Positions 37,062 to 46,507 of a stretch of DNA of 56,300 bases are shown one piece after another. Position 1 is the stretch's first letter. Each line of letters begins with the position of its first letter. This stretch comes from a virus (Duplodnaviria; Caudoviricetes): positions 1 through 56,300 of IMG/VR virus record IMGVR_UViG_3300036816_000056; one strand, given 5' to 3'. A model generated the notes under the pieces. The model searched no databases. It saw nothing but the letters and a program-made list of their open reading frames with translations, and was not told the DNA's origin. The translations under genes were made by a program, and so were the position numbers.

Positions 37062-37619
37062 TCTCAACTTGAGAATTGCCCTATCCATCATGTCCTGAGT
37101 TAACCCAATATAGTCCAAAGTCTCTCTTGGATCGCTGTGTCCAAACATCTCCATTAGTAACGCTAAATTCTCTGGATCATCGACATAAAGACGGTATGCC
37201 CAGGTCTTTCGCAATGAGTGAACACCTATATCTTTCAATCTGAATTCACGAGCTGCTTCACTCAGAAAACGATATGCAGTGGTCCGATCAATCGGCTGTT
37301 TCCGCATTCGACTTACTTTTTTAACTTGGCGGCTTGGAAATAGACAATCATTCGGGAACATGTCCGCAGTGTACTCATCTAGATCTGATCGAATACTCGG
37401 ATGAATTATAAATGTTTTAGCATGCTTGTTCTTTTGCTCAACCATGCTTATGTGAGTTCCCTTGGTTTGCCACACCCTAAGACTAAGCAAGTCAGAAACA
37501 CGAAGTCCGCTGTATATACCCATACAAAAAAATAAGTAATTGCGCATGCTTCGTATATAGAAGTATTCCTTCATTCCATCTATAACCCGTTCATCACGGA
37601 TAGGCTGGACTTTCCTCAT
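37059..37619 (-). CDS. Small tyrosine recombinase (catalytic domain only)
   Basis: SGLRVSDL, HSLRKT, FGHS...TLDYIG; 186 aa. Confidence 0.92.
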   Translation of the reverse strand: MRKVQPIRDERVIDGMKEYFYIRSMRNYLFFCMGIYSGLRVSDLLSLRVWQTKGTHISMVEQKNKHAKTFIIHPSIRSDLDEYTADMFPNDCLFPSRQVKKVSRMRKQPIDRTTAYRFLSEAAREFRLKDIGVHSLRKTWAYRLYVDDPENLALLMEMFGHSDPRETLDYIGLTQDMMDRAILKLR

Positions 37620-37783
37620 TTCATCACCTTCTTCGACTCTTCATCCTTCCAACAGCGAGGTATAATACATAGCTGAACAGCTCCCGTCCAAGTCCCCAAG
37701 TAACAACATCTACACTGTTCCGGCTGCTTGTCTGATACCCTTGGAATAGCCGGTTCATTTCTACTGTAATAGTTACCCTCCAT
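37616..37783 (-). CDS. Small Cys-rich protein
   Basis: QPEQCRCC...C.IPRC; GGAGG RBS; overlaps the recombinase start. Confidence 0.6.
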   Translation of the reverse strand: MEGNYYSRNEPAIPRVSDKQPEQCRCCYLGTWTGAVQLCIIPRCWKDEESKKVMK

Positions 37784-37800
37784 AATCTTCCCTCCAATGC

Positions 37801-37830
37801 AAAAAGGCCACTCTAAAAGAGCGACCTTCT
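37801..37830 (-). terminator. Terminator-like hairpin immediately before the first late-block gene
   Basis: aaggtcgctct-ttt-agagtggcc followed by tttttt. Confidence 0.7.
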
Positions 37831-38639
37831 CATTTACGTTATTATATGGATTTAAGATAACATTCTTTTCATTCGGAATTACTTCGTTTTTTGAGACTTC
37901 AACGCCAAGAAATAATTCCTTAGTTGAATGAACGATTGCCAGCGTTAGTAAACGCATCAAGGATAAGAAATTGTTGCTGAAGGATATGGCTGAGGAAACT
38001 AAGAAACCTAGATAAGTTAATAGAGTTGATCAAGCGTTCATTTATAACTCCAATAAAACATTCACCGAACAACAAGCCCTATTCACCGATCTGGAAGCTC
38101 GTTAAAGTAAGATGAGTTTTTTTTTAGTATTGTTGTAATAAGTACATCTGCATTACTCTATATAAAGAGAGAGAGACGAAATAATAAGAAAAATGTAGAT
38201 CCTGAAGGAGTCCTTTTATATTGGGTAATGATAATTACTAACTCTATATTTCTAAGTTTCTAAGAAAATCTAACTTATTAAAAAAAAGTCTTCTAGATGT
38301 CTTTAAGTTGTTTTTTGAAAAGAAAAATTAAAAAGACTAGTGATTTTTTTAAACTACTTTAAAGAGTTATTTCTAAAATAAATAGAGAGGAAAAATTCAA
38401 TAAAATGGTAAATTTAAATTAAGTTTCAGTCTATTCTAACCAATGTTTTCTTAAGAACAGTTAGATCTATTTATTTACTTTTTTTATTTCTTTATAGGTC
38501 TTTTAAACTAAATGTAGTAAATGAAAAATGCAAAAAACTATATGTTGTATATAGGAAAATACTGGGTAATTCTTTTCTTTTCTTTAGGGTAAAGTTCTAG
38601 TATAGTAAACTTAATTTAAGTTTAGGGTGGTGTACATAT

Positions 38640-38981
38640 ATGGTAGAAGCAACACGAGAAATGATTAAATACATTGATACTAAGAGTAATGACTATAAAA
38701 GAACATACGCCAATTCCACTCAATCAGCATCAAATCCTCAAGGGGATGTGGTAATTGATTTTTATGAAGAAGTTCTAGTTCCCTTAATGGTTGTTGAAAG
38801 ACCTCTTGATGTGCAAGATGATGATCAAGTGATTCTTAATCGAAAGCCAAATTATTTAGAGATTGAAAGAGAAAAAAAAGTATCTATCACTTTAACTAAA
38901 TCACGAGCTGTGGAGTTGGCTCACTGGATATTAGATAATGTATTAGAGGAGGATGAGGGTAATGACGACGAAAACTCGTGA
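38640..38981 (+). CDS. DUF3467-like protein
   Basis: YAN......GDVVIDF...I.LT...A.EL..WI pattern. Confidence 0.55.
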   Translation: MVEATREMIKYIDTKSNDYKRTYANSTQSASNPQGDVVIDFYEEVLVPLMVVERPLDVQDDDQVILNRKPNYLEIEREKKVSITLTKSRAVELAHWILDNVLEEDEGNDDENS

Positions 38982-39492
38982 AGACCATAAAGTTTATCCT
39001 TTCGGAGATCCACACGTAGGAATACATATTAGTCGATATCAATCCGGGATGCCTTCCACCGAAGACTGGATGAGAACTGTTAGAGGTTCTGGAATGCAAA
39101 ATATATACGATTATACAATGGGATTAACTGATGATATTGACAGGATAAGAGAACTATTTGATCGTATAAGAATAAACATTGGGACATCAGCAAATACTGG
39201 ATCGCATAAGCTAGAAGCGGGCGGTGATGCTAATATGTTAGAGCAAATAACCAATGCGTTTTTAAATTTACAGAACGCGTTAGAGGTTTATCATCGAAAG
39301 ATCAGAGAACAACATGAATTCGTAGTTGTGTTTAAAGAAGATCACCCTAAATTAGGGAGATTTTTGGCTGAAGTGCAAGTCAGAGCTTTCAAAGAATATG
39401 GGATTTACATTGAGTCAACTTTTGAATTGGAAGAAGAGTTTGATGCTGATGAACTCCCAGAAGACTACTCCCAGATTGGTTTTGGGGGGTAA
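38962..39492 (+). CDS. Hypothetical protein; C-terminal half resembles a degenerate MNT fold
   Basis: EFVVVF...L..V.....KEYGIYIE; no GS..DxD motif; overlaps the upstream gene. Confidence 0.4.
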   Translation: MTTKTREDHKVYPFGDPHVGIHISRYQSGMPSTEDWMRTVRGSGMQNIYDYTMGLTDDIDRIRELFDRIRINIGTSANTGSHKLEAGGDANMLEQITNAFLNLQNALEVYHRKIREQHEFVVVFKEDHPKLGRFLAEVQVRAFKEYGIYIESTFELEEEFDADELPEDYSQIGFGG

Positions 39493-39497
39493 GAGAA

Positions 39498-39959
39498 GTG
39501 CCAAAGAAAGATGCTCATTTCAATAAATTAATGACCAATATTAACCTTATTCAAAGGTACGTTTCAGAGGCTCCAGAAAAGCCCATACCTAATGATTGGT
39601 TAGTTACTACGTACTTCTATACCGCATTACACGTTGTTGAAAAAAAACTGGCAGATGAGAAAGTCCATTCTAGGGATCATGCTCAAAGGTTTGCTAACAT
39701 TGAAGAACATTATAGGGATATCCTTGAAACATACCAAGCTATGTACATTGATAGCATGACAGCTCGTTACAAATGTCGCAATATTTCTTCTGAAACGGTT
39801 ATAGAGGCAAAGAATAATCTCTACAGCATTTGTGAAGAATTTAACGAGACCCGAATTATCAACCAACTAGATATTGCTCATGGTGTCGGTGTGGTGAAAG
39901 CAATGCCCACCCCTGTTACGCCACCAAGTCTTGATATTGACTTAAGTGATGCAAAATAA
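39498..39959 (+). CDS. HEPN-like protein
   Basis: WLVTTYFYTALH...RDHAQR...Y..MY..S..ARY pattern. Confidence 0.65.
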   Translation: MPKKDAHFNKLMTNINLIQRYVSEAPEKPIPNDWLVTTYFYTALHVVEKKLADEKVHSRDHAQRFANIEEHYRDILETYQAMYIDSMTARYKCRNISSETVIEAKNNLYSICEEFNETRIINQLDIAHGVGVVKAMPTPVTPPSLDIDLSDAK

Positions 39960-40146
39960 ATAAACATAAAAAAAGGGCTCTTAGCGTAAAAACTAGGCGT
40001 CCTTTTTCTTTTACAAAATCGCAATCTCGTGTTTACATTAACAGTAAAGAGAGAATGATAGATGAGAATCCCTCAGAATTAAGAAGACGTTTATTTACTA
40101 AAGTGAAAGCCCCGGCAACACAGTGCGGCAGGGCTTTTCTTGTGTT

Positions 40147-40779
40147 TCATTTCGGGATAAGTAATCCTAGTTCCCCTTCATTGTTTCGACCTCTACCATA
40201 GTCGATCGTTACAAGATCCAAGGTTCGATTGAATTTCAAACAATTAGCTATATTTGCTATAGCCCTTCGACGCTTATCAGCAAATGTTGTTGCTGCGATA
40301 CCGGGTACGTCCTTGCGATATCCTTTTTCCATGTAAACCTGTGCTTTCAGATACTTCTTGCCTTCCAAAAATAGCAGTCTCGCAGCTACACTCTCATGAG
40401 GATCTTTAATATTATTTATGGCGAATCGGACGTTATTGGTTATGAATACATAAAGCTTGTAGTTATCATGACGCTTGTCCTTCATAATTACCGAATTAGC
40501 TGTAACATCTGCTGTCAGCTCATGACCTGCTTCTCGCTTGGCAACTGAACCCTCAGCCGACAACAACTCATAGGCTGACATTCCGTTCTCAATCTGTTTG
40601 AGTGCATATTCATAATTTTGTATGATGTCGATCATGTCCACATATTTACCGAGGAGCCATTTGGTTTTACGAATATCTACTTCATCCACATCCGAAAAAA
40701 AGTTTAACTGAATGATCTTTTTGGTATCATCAATGTCTTCATGCTTAGGTGCGATAACTACTATTTCTTCTGTGCTCAT
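40147..40779 (-). CDS. Putative late transcriptional regulator (ArpU/RinA-like)
   Basis: Last early gene; C-terminal TTFADKRRRAI HTH-like segment; terminator at 40105-40140. Confidence 0.55.
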   Translation of the reverse strand: MSTEEIVVIAPKHEDIDDTKKIIQLNFFSDVDEVDIRKTKWLLGKYVDMIDIIQNYEYALKQIENGMSAYELLSAEGSVAKREAGHELTADVTANSVIMKDKRHDNYKLYVFITNNVRFAINNIKDPHESVAARLLFLEGKKYLKAQVYMEKGYRKDVPGIAATTFADKRRRAIANIANCLKFNRTLDLVTIDYGRGRNNEGELGLLIPK

Positions 40780-41006
40780 GCCGTTCCCTCCCGCGTTTCC
40801 CACTTCGCCTTCTCGTTCATAAATTCCAAGCACCTGTTCTGAAACCACTCAAGCAAACGTTTTGTCTCGTCCCGTTCAGCCGCAATAATTGCATTGATCT
40901 CTGTCATTTTTTCCATTGCCTGGTCACGTTCTTTTATAGCTTCAATCAAATCCTCTGGAGCTACGCCTTCCCACTCATTTATCAAACCAGCTACACGGTT
41001 GTTCAT
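40776..41006 (-). CDS. Hypothetical protein
   Basis: ATGA-coupled ORF. Confidence 0.65.
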   Translation of the reverse strand: MNNRVAGLINEWEGVAPEDLIEAIKERDQAMEKMTEINAIIAAERDETKRLLEWFQNRCLEFMNEKAKWETREGTA

Positions 41007-41242
41007 TCCACCACCAACTTCCCAATCTCCCGTAACTCCGCTTTACTTTTGGCCTTCGTGAAAGAATTCAGATAAGCAATCTTTTTCATAGCCCGTTTGG
41101 TCTCAAGCATAACTGTCTTTCTTTCTGACGAATTTAAGTCATGGCTGAAATGTCGGTAAAACCTGTTTTGTGCCCTTAACCCTTCTAGTAAGGATGACTG
41201 GATAGCCACCGCATCGTCATAAGTTAATCCGAATTGTCTCAT
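41003..41242 (-). CDS. Hypothetical protein
   Basis: ATGA-coupled ORF. Confidence 0.65.
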   Translation of the reverse strand: MRQFGLTYDDAVAIQSSLLEGLRAQNRFYRHFSHDLNSSERKTVMLETKRAMKKIAYLNSFTKAKSKAELREIGKLVVE

Positions 41243-41442
41243 GCTTTTTCCTCCCTAGGTTCGTTAATTTCAGCATAATGAGTGATATTTTCAACGGGCT
41301 CGCCATCGTAAGTATCACAGAGCAATCCATTTGAAACGTAACAAACACAAGCATATTGGTCTGCGTAAACCAGTACCTGATCATTCAGCTTGGACAAAAC
41401 CTCCGGGTCCCATTTACGCCTCTGTATCCGCTCCTTCCTCAC
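41239..41442 (-). CDS. Hypothetical protein
   Basis: Coupled ORF; start uncertain; ITHYAEI resembles the DUF551 tail. Confidence 0.5.
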   Translation of the reverse strand: MRKERIQRRKWDPEVLSKLNDQVLVYADQYACVCYVSNGLLCDTYDGEPVENITHYAEINEPREEKA

Positions 41443-41803
41443 CCAATAATTTAGGATTTTCGTAGATGTTGCCTATGACAACCGATTTTTCATTCGCAAA
41501 GTATAGTGACGTTGATCCGTATGGATGATGACCGATTAAATCTGCATGGAATGAACCTTTTCTGAACACGACTCTGTAATGACGTTTGATAAGTTGTCCG
41601 GACATTGGATTGTTGTAGCTGCCGTCCAAAATGTCTCCATCGTAAATGTCTTTGTCATTACGATCCTGCAATCCTGTATAAAGCATCAACTCTACATGTG
41701 GAGACAAAACAGCTACCTTCAACCAGTTACGCTCTAGGCAGTCATATGACATCTCTTTGGTTTCGGTATCCCATGCTCTTGCTCCAAACTCATAACTGCT
41801 CAT
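41414..41803 (-). CDS. YopX family protein
   Basis: RAWD...LMLYTGLQDRNDKDIYDGDIL...VIGNIYENP. Confidence 0.92.
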   Translation of the reverse strand: MSSYEFGARAWDTETKEMSYDCLERNWLKVAVLSPHVELMLYTGLQDRNDKDIYDGDILDGSYNNPMSGQLIKRHYRVVFRKGSFHADLIGHHPYGSTSLYFANEKSVVIGNIYENPKLLGEEGADTEA

Positions 41804-42035
41804 GCTTATCCGCTCCTTCCTCAACCAACTCGAAACATTCATCCAGTTCAAGTACACCGTTCACATCCAAGCACCCTACGTATACCTCTTCGCCGTCACT
41901 GTCCATTGCGAAGTATTCTTCTGATTCCTCGTGCAATACCGCTACCATTTCCTCGCCCTCTTTTACCTCGTACAATAAGTTTGTTCCACTGAACGCTTGG
42001 AAGGGATCAGTGCATCTCACGTTAATCTGTTTCAT
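41790..42035 (-). CDS. Hypothetical acidic protein
   Basis: Coupled ORF, AGGAGC RBS. Confidence 0.65.
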   Translation of the reverse strand: MKQINVRCTDPFQAFSGTNLLYEVKEGEEMVAVLHEESEEYFAMDSDGEEVYVGCLDVNGVLELDECFELVEEGADKHEQL

Positions 42036-42241
42036 TGTTCCGCTCCTTCCTTGGGAGCCAACCCCGCCATGTATTCTTGGACTTTCTCCTGTGCGCTCTT
42101 CGCATCTTCCAACCAGTTTTGAATTGTGATTATTTCTTTTCTCTCAACAATATGACCATGTTTTACAAGAGATCTGAATTTGTTGATGCGAGATTGCAAG
42201 GATTCATCTATCTGAGTCAACTCTTTAATTGTGAGTTCCAT
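42032..42241 (-). CDS. Hypothetical protein, paralog of 43233-43418
   Basis: Shares QID..L...IN and WL..A.SAQEKVQEY. Confidence 0.7.
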   Translation of the reverse strand: MELTIKELTQIDESLQSRINKFRSLVKHGHIVERKEIITIQNWLEDAKSAQEKVQEYMAGLAPKEGAEQ

Positions 42242-42296
42242 GTATATCCTCCTATTTGGGGAGACCAGACCTGATCCGGCCCCCGTTTCACTGGGT

Positions 42297-42845
42297 TTAT
42301 TCGGTCGTTCCGATGGCGGCCTTGCCGCAAATACCTTCAAAATCAAAATCACTCAAGATGTTCAGCAGCCGTTCAACTTTTGGAGCCCTCCAGGCTGTCA
42401 TAGCATATGTATGAGCCCGGTCAGTGTAGTGATAATGGTTCACTTCGATATGCCGTTTGGCTTCGGCCTTTGTCAGAAACATTGTGTTTGGTCTGATAAA
42501 GTGTTCCTCACATTCAGGGTGAAGTGTTGCGCCATAGTCATAATGTTCAGTAATCCACTCGTGAGCCGTTTCAGAACAATCGATCTCGTCCAGAGCTTTC
42601 AACGCATCAGGCTTTAGCTCATCCCTGCCCAATATCTGTTCCAAGAAATAATTTATTTCGTAGGACTCACCATCTTGAGGAAGGTAAACTGAATGCCGTT
42701 CAGCATTATCCTCTGAACATTCAACCCATTTATAGTCACCTACTGTCCAGAAGCGCGGAGCCGCTTGGCAATCGTCATCCTGACTGTTCAACTCGTTTTT
42801 CAGGTCGATTAGAAACTGAATGTCTTTGATTTGGTCATTTGTCAT
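42297..42845 (-). CDS. Hypothetical phage protein
   Basis: 182 aa, GGAGGG RBS. Confidence 0.75.
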   Translation of the reverse strand: MTNDQIKDIQFLIDLKNELNSQDDDCQAAPRFWTVGDYKWVECSEDNAERHSVYLPQDGESYEINYFLEQILGRDELKPDALKALDEIDCSETAHEWITEHYDYGATLHPECEEHFIRPNTMFLTKAEAKRHIEVNHYHYTDRAHTYAMTAWRAPKVERLLNILSDFDFEGICGKAAIGTTE

Positions 42846-42859
42846 TTCTTCTATCCCTC

Positions 42860-43219
42860 CTATATGTCCAGTACAGCCAATAGAGCTGCCTTACAGATTG
42901 CTTCAGGTACAGACTTTCCTTCGGCATGTATCTTCCAGGTCGTCTCTCTCATTGGATCGTAGTCAGCCGAAACATTCCATGGATACGCGATAGTAGCGTC
43001 TTCGTGCATTTTTACTAACCATTTAAATACTTCCCATGCTGCGGATATGTCCGTGCTGTACCTTTTCGGGCAACCTTCAAATTTCGGGCCCAGTTTGATC
43101 CAACCGTCTTTGAATTCACCCGCTTCATGTCCCATCACTTCAATGGCTACGATCAAATCCAACTCATTTCCCGGCTTGAGTGCCAACACTTGCTCCCGGG
43201 TCAACGCTGTTTGTGTCAT
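42860..43219 (-). CDS. Phage ABA-sandwich (BC1872-like) protein
   Basis: ELD..VA..VMG...YSTDISAAWEV...PEAICKAALLA. Confidence 0.8.
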   Translation of the reverse strand: MTQTALTREQVLALKPGNELDLIVAIEVMGHEAGEFKDGWIKLGPKFEGCPKRYSTDISAAWEVFKWLVKMHEDATIAYPWNVSADYDPMRETTWKIHAEGKSVPEAICKAALLAVLDI

Positions 43220-43232
43220 CTATATATCCTCC

Positions 43233-43418
43233 CTAATCCTTCGTGTATTCTTGGACCTTCTCTTGAGCGCTTCTTGCAGCATCCAGCCACTTTTCGATTA
43301 TTTTACGATCTCCTTCTTCTTTGAAGTGATCCTCTATCACAAGCGCATTGATTTCGTTGATGTGCGCTTTCAACGCCATATCAATTTGCTTCATTTCGGA
43401 ATATGTGAATTCGATCAT
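43233..43418 (-). CDS. Hypothetical protein, paralog of 42032-42241
   Basis: See paralog. Confidence 0.7.
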   Translation of the reverse strand: MIEFTYSEMKQIDMALKAHINEINALVIEDHFKEEGDRKIIEKWLDAARSAQEKVQEYTKD

Positions 43419-43456
43419 GTGTTATATCCTCCTTAGTAGGGAGGGGCCCACAGACC

Positions 43457-43735
43457 TCAATCCTCAATCTCTTTTACATCAGCTACCCAAACGGCGAACG
43501 ATCCACGTCCAGCGGAACAAAATGCATAGCAACCACCGTCTATATCAATCCCTTCCGGTGCTACCGGGAACCATCTTGCATGCCTCTCACGCACAGGGCC
43601 GACCTGATAAAACCCATCTGCTTCAGAAATGCATTCTTCTTTGAAATCTTCAGGAGAATCATAATTATGTTTAGGCGCTACATAACAGGATGGATTTCCG
43701 CCATCGTGCCACATTCCGAATCCCATGTTACTCAA
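43457..43735 (-). CDS. Hypothetical protein
   Basis: Coupled ORF. Confidence 0.65.
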   Translation of the reverse strand: MSNMGFGMWHDGGNPSCYVAPKHNYDSPEDFKEECISEADGFYQVGPVRERHARWFPVAPEGIDIDGGCYAFCSAGRGSFAVWVADVKEIED

Positions 43736-44018
43736 CTTGGTTCCCCTCTCCTTCCTGACCCACCGCCAGAGCTTCTACAAGGTTCTTGTGCGCTATCCCA
43801 TATAGCTTTTTGTCCATCAGCTTAAGTGCATCCTTAAGCGTCTTGTGTAGCCGATCCCGTTCAGATTTAGTTTGATCCAGCAATAAAAACACCTGGTCTA
43901 TGATTTCATCACCACTGGTCTCGATTGTGAGAGTAGAAATATCACGCGACACATTGAGACTTTCATCGTCTACGTACAAGGTGTATCCATTGAGTAATTT
44001 GTATCTTCGTTCACTCAT
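43728..44018 (-). CDS. Hypothetical protein
   Basis: Coupled ORF. Confidence 0.65.
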   Translation of the reverse strand: MSERRYKLLNGYTLYVDDESLNVSRDISTLTIETSGDEIIDQVFLLLDQTKSERDRLHKTLKDALKLMDKKLYGIAHKNLVEALAVGQEGEGNQVE

Positions 44019-44194
44019 GACTGTTCTTCCTCCCTCAAATTAAGTGCAAACGAAAACTTCCCTATCAGCCGTTCACAATAGCCACAATTTATATCAAAGT
44101 ACCGTAGTTCTTCTGGTGACTGCTGAATCTCTTTTGGTGGAGTTATCGCCATCTTTGCTCCGCACACACAATTAACGTTGAGCGATACTTGCAT
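44015..44194 (-). CDS. Small zinc-ribbon-like protein
   Basis: CVCG...CGYC; GGAGGG RBS. Confidence 0.6.
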   Translation of the reverse strand: MQVSLNVNCVCGAKMAITPPKEIQQSPEELRYFDINCGYCERLIGKFSFALNLREEEQS

Positions 44195-44239
44195 CTGTAT
44201 ATCCCTCCCTGGGAAAGAGGCCCGGAGACCTCTCATTCA

Positions 44240-44530
44240 TTAAGCGTTGTAAGGAATCTCAATTACTTCCGCTTCGCAATCTTCATCCGACATCATGTCT
44301 AGTTGCCGCGAACTGTATCCCAATTCACGCAATAGCTTACGGTTATCCGTTTCAGTGACTGTTACCTGTACAAAATCTTCTTCAAATTCTTCCACGGTCA
44401 CTTGGCGTGTAGCTGGTTCGGTTCTGTGTTGAAGACTTACCTTCCCTGGAATTTCACCAACTAACGTCCACAATGCTGGAGCAAAGCTCTTTCTGTTTTG
44501 ATAGATTTGACCGAGTTTACGTTGATTCAT
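44240..44530 (-). CDS. Hypothetical protein
   Basis: AGGAG RBS. Confidence 0.65.
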   Translation of the reverse strand: MNQRKLGQIYQNRKSFAPALWTLVGEIPGKVSLQHRTEPATRQVTVEEFEEDFVQVTVTETDNRKLLRELGYSSRQLDMMSDEDCEAEVIEIPYNA

Positions 44531-44553
44531 GTGTTATCTCTCCTTTGGTGGGC

Positions 44554-44841
44554 CTAGCCCAGATATGTGATACTTGCGATCATCCGTTCTTTTGCTTCAT
44601 CGATGACATCCTCTGGCACAGGCACATAATCTTTATTTGGCAAAATCCCCCGGCCTGTCGCATTAGGTCTGTTGGATTCATACGTTTGAACAGTTTTAAA
44701 TTTATGTCGTTTACTTGGTCGTTCCAATCGGAAGTATTTCGAAAGTGTGAATGTGATGCTTCCGTCCAGGCTGCTCACTTTGATCAAGAAATGCCACTCC
44801 TGCTTTTCTAGGCCAGCTACTCGCAAACGTTCGATCTTCAT
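44554..44841 (-). CDS. Hypothetical protein
   Basis: AGGAGC RBS. Confidence 0.65.
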   Translation of the reverse strand: MKIERLRVAGLEKQEWHFLIKVSSLDGSITFTLSKYFRLERPSKRHKFKTVQTYESNRPNATGRGILPNKDYVPVPEDVIDEAKERMIASITYLG

Positions 44842-44943
44842 ATCTCCGCTCCTTTTTGGTGGGCCTATGGCCTCTGTGATATGTGGTGCTATCGGAGGGT
44901 TGCCTATCCCCTCCCTATCCCCTAACCTCTGTGGGTGTATTCT

Positions 44944-45291
44944 TTATTCGTTAATGCCGAGAACCTTCTTCCCAACAATGTTCAATGCTGTTGTCATTCC
45001 GTCACGGAACGCAGCTACGTTTTCTAATTGCGCCCATCTGCCGCCATTCACGACTGGGCATTCTTTATATGCTTCAAGAAGTTGCTCTTCTTCCGTCATT
45101 TCTACCCGATAACCAACTAAGAGGCATATTGCCATTTGCGTAGGTGATAAGTTATTCAAACATTCATTCTCTTCACTCATAAGCCCAGTCTTCAACCAAT
45201 TAGCTAAGAATGCATCTGCATTAAATGACTCCTGACTCGTGAAACTTTCTAAGGCATTTGACTGCTCTTTCGTCAATTCAACATTTATCAA
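44944..45291 (-). CDS. Hypothetical protein
   Basis: TTG start, AAGGAG RBS. Confidence 0.65.
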   Translation of the reverse strand: MINVELTKEQSNALESFTSQESFNADAFLANWLKTGLMSEENECLNNLSPTQMAICLLVGYRVEMTEEEQLLEAYKECPVVNGGRWAQLENVAAFRDGMTTALNIVGKKVLGINE

Positions 45292-45363
45292 GTAGATGTC
45301 TCCTTCATTTCAGAACAACAATATAATCAATTTAAACTCGTTGTTATGAGAATTTTGTATACT

Positions 45364-46029
45364 TTAATCATCGAAGTGTCCGTACCCAAACGGAACTTGA
45401 TGCTTCTCTTCAAATCTTACGATATCGTTTATCATTGTCTCGAATATTGCGATTTGTTTATCATCCATCATTTCAATTAGACGAATCTCTTTGGCCTTCA
45501 AGGTACGCCCTGCTGCTGTAGAGATCAGTTCTTTGACAGGGTTTAAAGATTGTTCGCGATTCCGTTTCTTCTGATCTGCTTCCCGCTGCGCCTCTTGCTT
45601 CCGGTTGTACTCGTCCCAATCCTGTTCATCAAACCAAAATCGATCCCCGTACTTATCGCGGAAAGCTGAAATCCAAAACTGGAGCAATTCTTCGTTCGTT
45701 TGTATCCGATCATGACAGGGCCAGCAAAGACGGAGGCCGTTTGTCTTAACTCCACGGCCTTTTCGCCCCCGTGGATAAACATGGTGAGTAGTTGTTGCTT
45801 CAGCAATCTTGCAGCACTCACAAATCCCGTTTGATTCTTCGATAAGCTCAGCTATGACATCTTTAGGAAAATCACCGCGTTCCTTGGAGCCTGGTCGGGA
45901 TTGGTGATGAGCTAAAATGTCTTTCTTCCATTCCGGTACAGGCTTTTTATCTTTCTTGCTCCGTCCGAAGCTGCTCGCTTTCTTTTCTTTTGCTTTTTTC
46001 TCCGGTTTCCAGAATGTCTGATGGGCCAT
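45364..46029 (-). CDS. HNH endonuclease
   Basis: CECC...HHVYPR...N...LCWPCH. Confidence 0.88.
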   Translation of the reverse strand: MAHQTFWKPEKKAKEKKASSFGRSKKDKKPVPEWKKDILAHHQSRPGSKERGDFPKDVIAELIEESNGICECCKIAEATTTHHVYPRGRKGRGVKTNGLRLCWPCHDRIQTNEELLQFWISAFRDKYGDRFWFDEQDWDEYNRKQEAQREADQKKRNREQSLNPVKELISTAAGRTLKAKEIRLIEMMDDKQIAIFETMINDIVRFEEKHQVPFGYGHFDD

Positions 46030-46101
46030 TTCCTCATCCACCTTTCCTTCGTTTCTTCTGTGCTTATGCTTATATTTTGAACCTAATTCACTACGATTCC
46101 A

Positions 46102-46272
46102 CTACGGATTTAGAGGTTCCAATAATCCGAACTTTTCCAATACAGTGTAATGTGCTAGTCTTTCTTCGACAGTCGCTTGCACTTCTTGCAGCGAGTATCC
46201 AACATAAAAAGCAATGGCTTGCTGCACTTCAGTAGGTTGTTGATCGAAGTTGTTCAAATCTACAGTACTCAT
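46102..46272 (-). CDS. Hypothetical protein (56 aa)
   Basis: AGGAGG RBS before MSTVDLNNF. Confidence 0.6.
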   Translation of the reverse strand: MSTVDLNNFDQQPTEVQQAIAFYVGYSLQEVQATVEERLAHYTVLEKFGLLEPLNP

Positions 46273-46285
46273 AACCAAACCTCCT

Positions 46286-46465
46286 TTACAAAGCCGACAA
46301 TCGACCATGCTTTTCTTTGAATTTTGATTTAATATCGGGAGGCAGATCACTGATTACTTCATCCCAGGTATTTATTAGTTCTTTGTTATGCGAATTGAAT
46401 TGTCGAATCTGGAGATACCTTTCAGATAACGCCGTGGAGAATTCTTCTTTTTCAGCTTCAGTCAT
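46286..46465 (-). CDS. Hypothetical protein (59 aa, not in the ORF track)
   Basis: MTEAEKEEFSTALSERY...; GGAGG RBS. Confidence 0.6.
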   Translation of the reverse strand: MTEAEKEEFSTALSERYLQIRQFNSHNKELINTWDEVISDLPPDIKSKFKEKHGRLSAL

Positions 46466-46507
46466 GGTTCATCGCCTCCCGTTTTCATATGCAGTTCGGA
46501 TATATTG

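Noticed and set aside
37784-37960. N-terminal extension of the 114-aa ORF 37616-37960
   Set aside because: Crosses a terminator; a better RBS precedes the ATG at 37783
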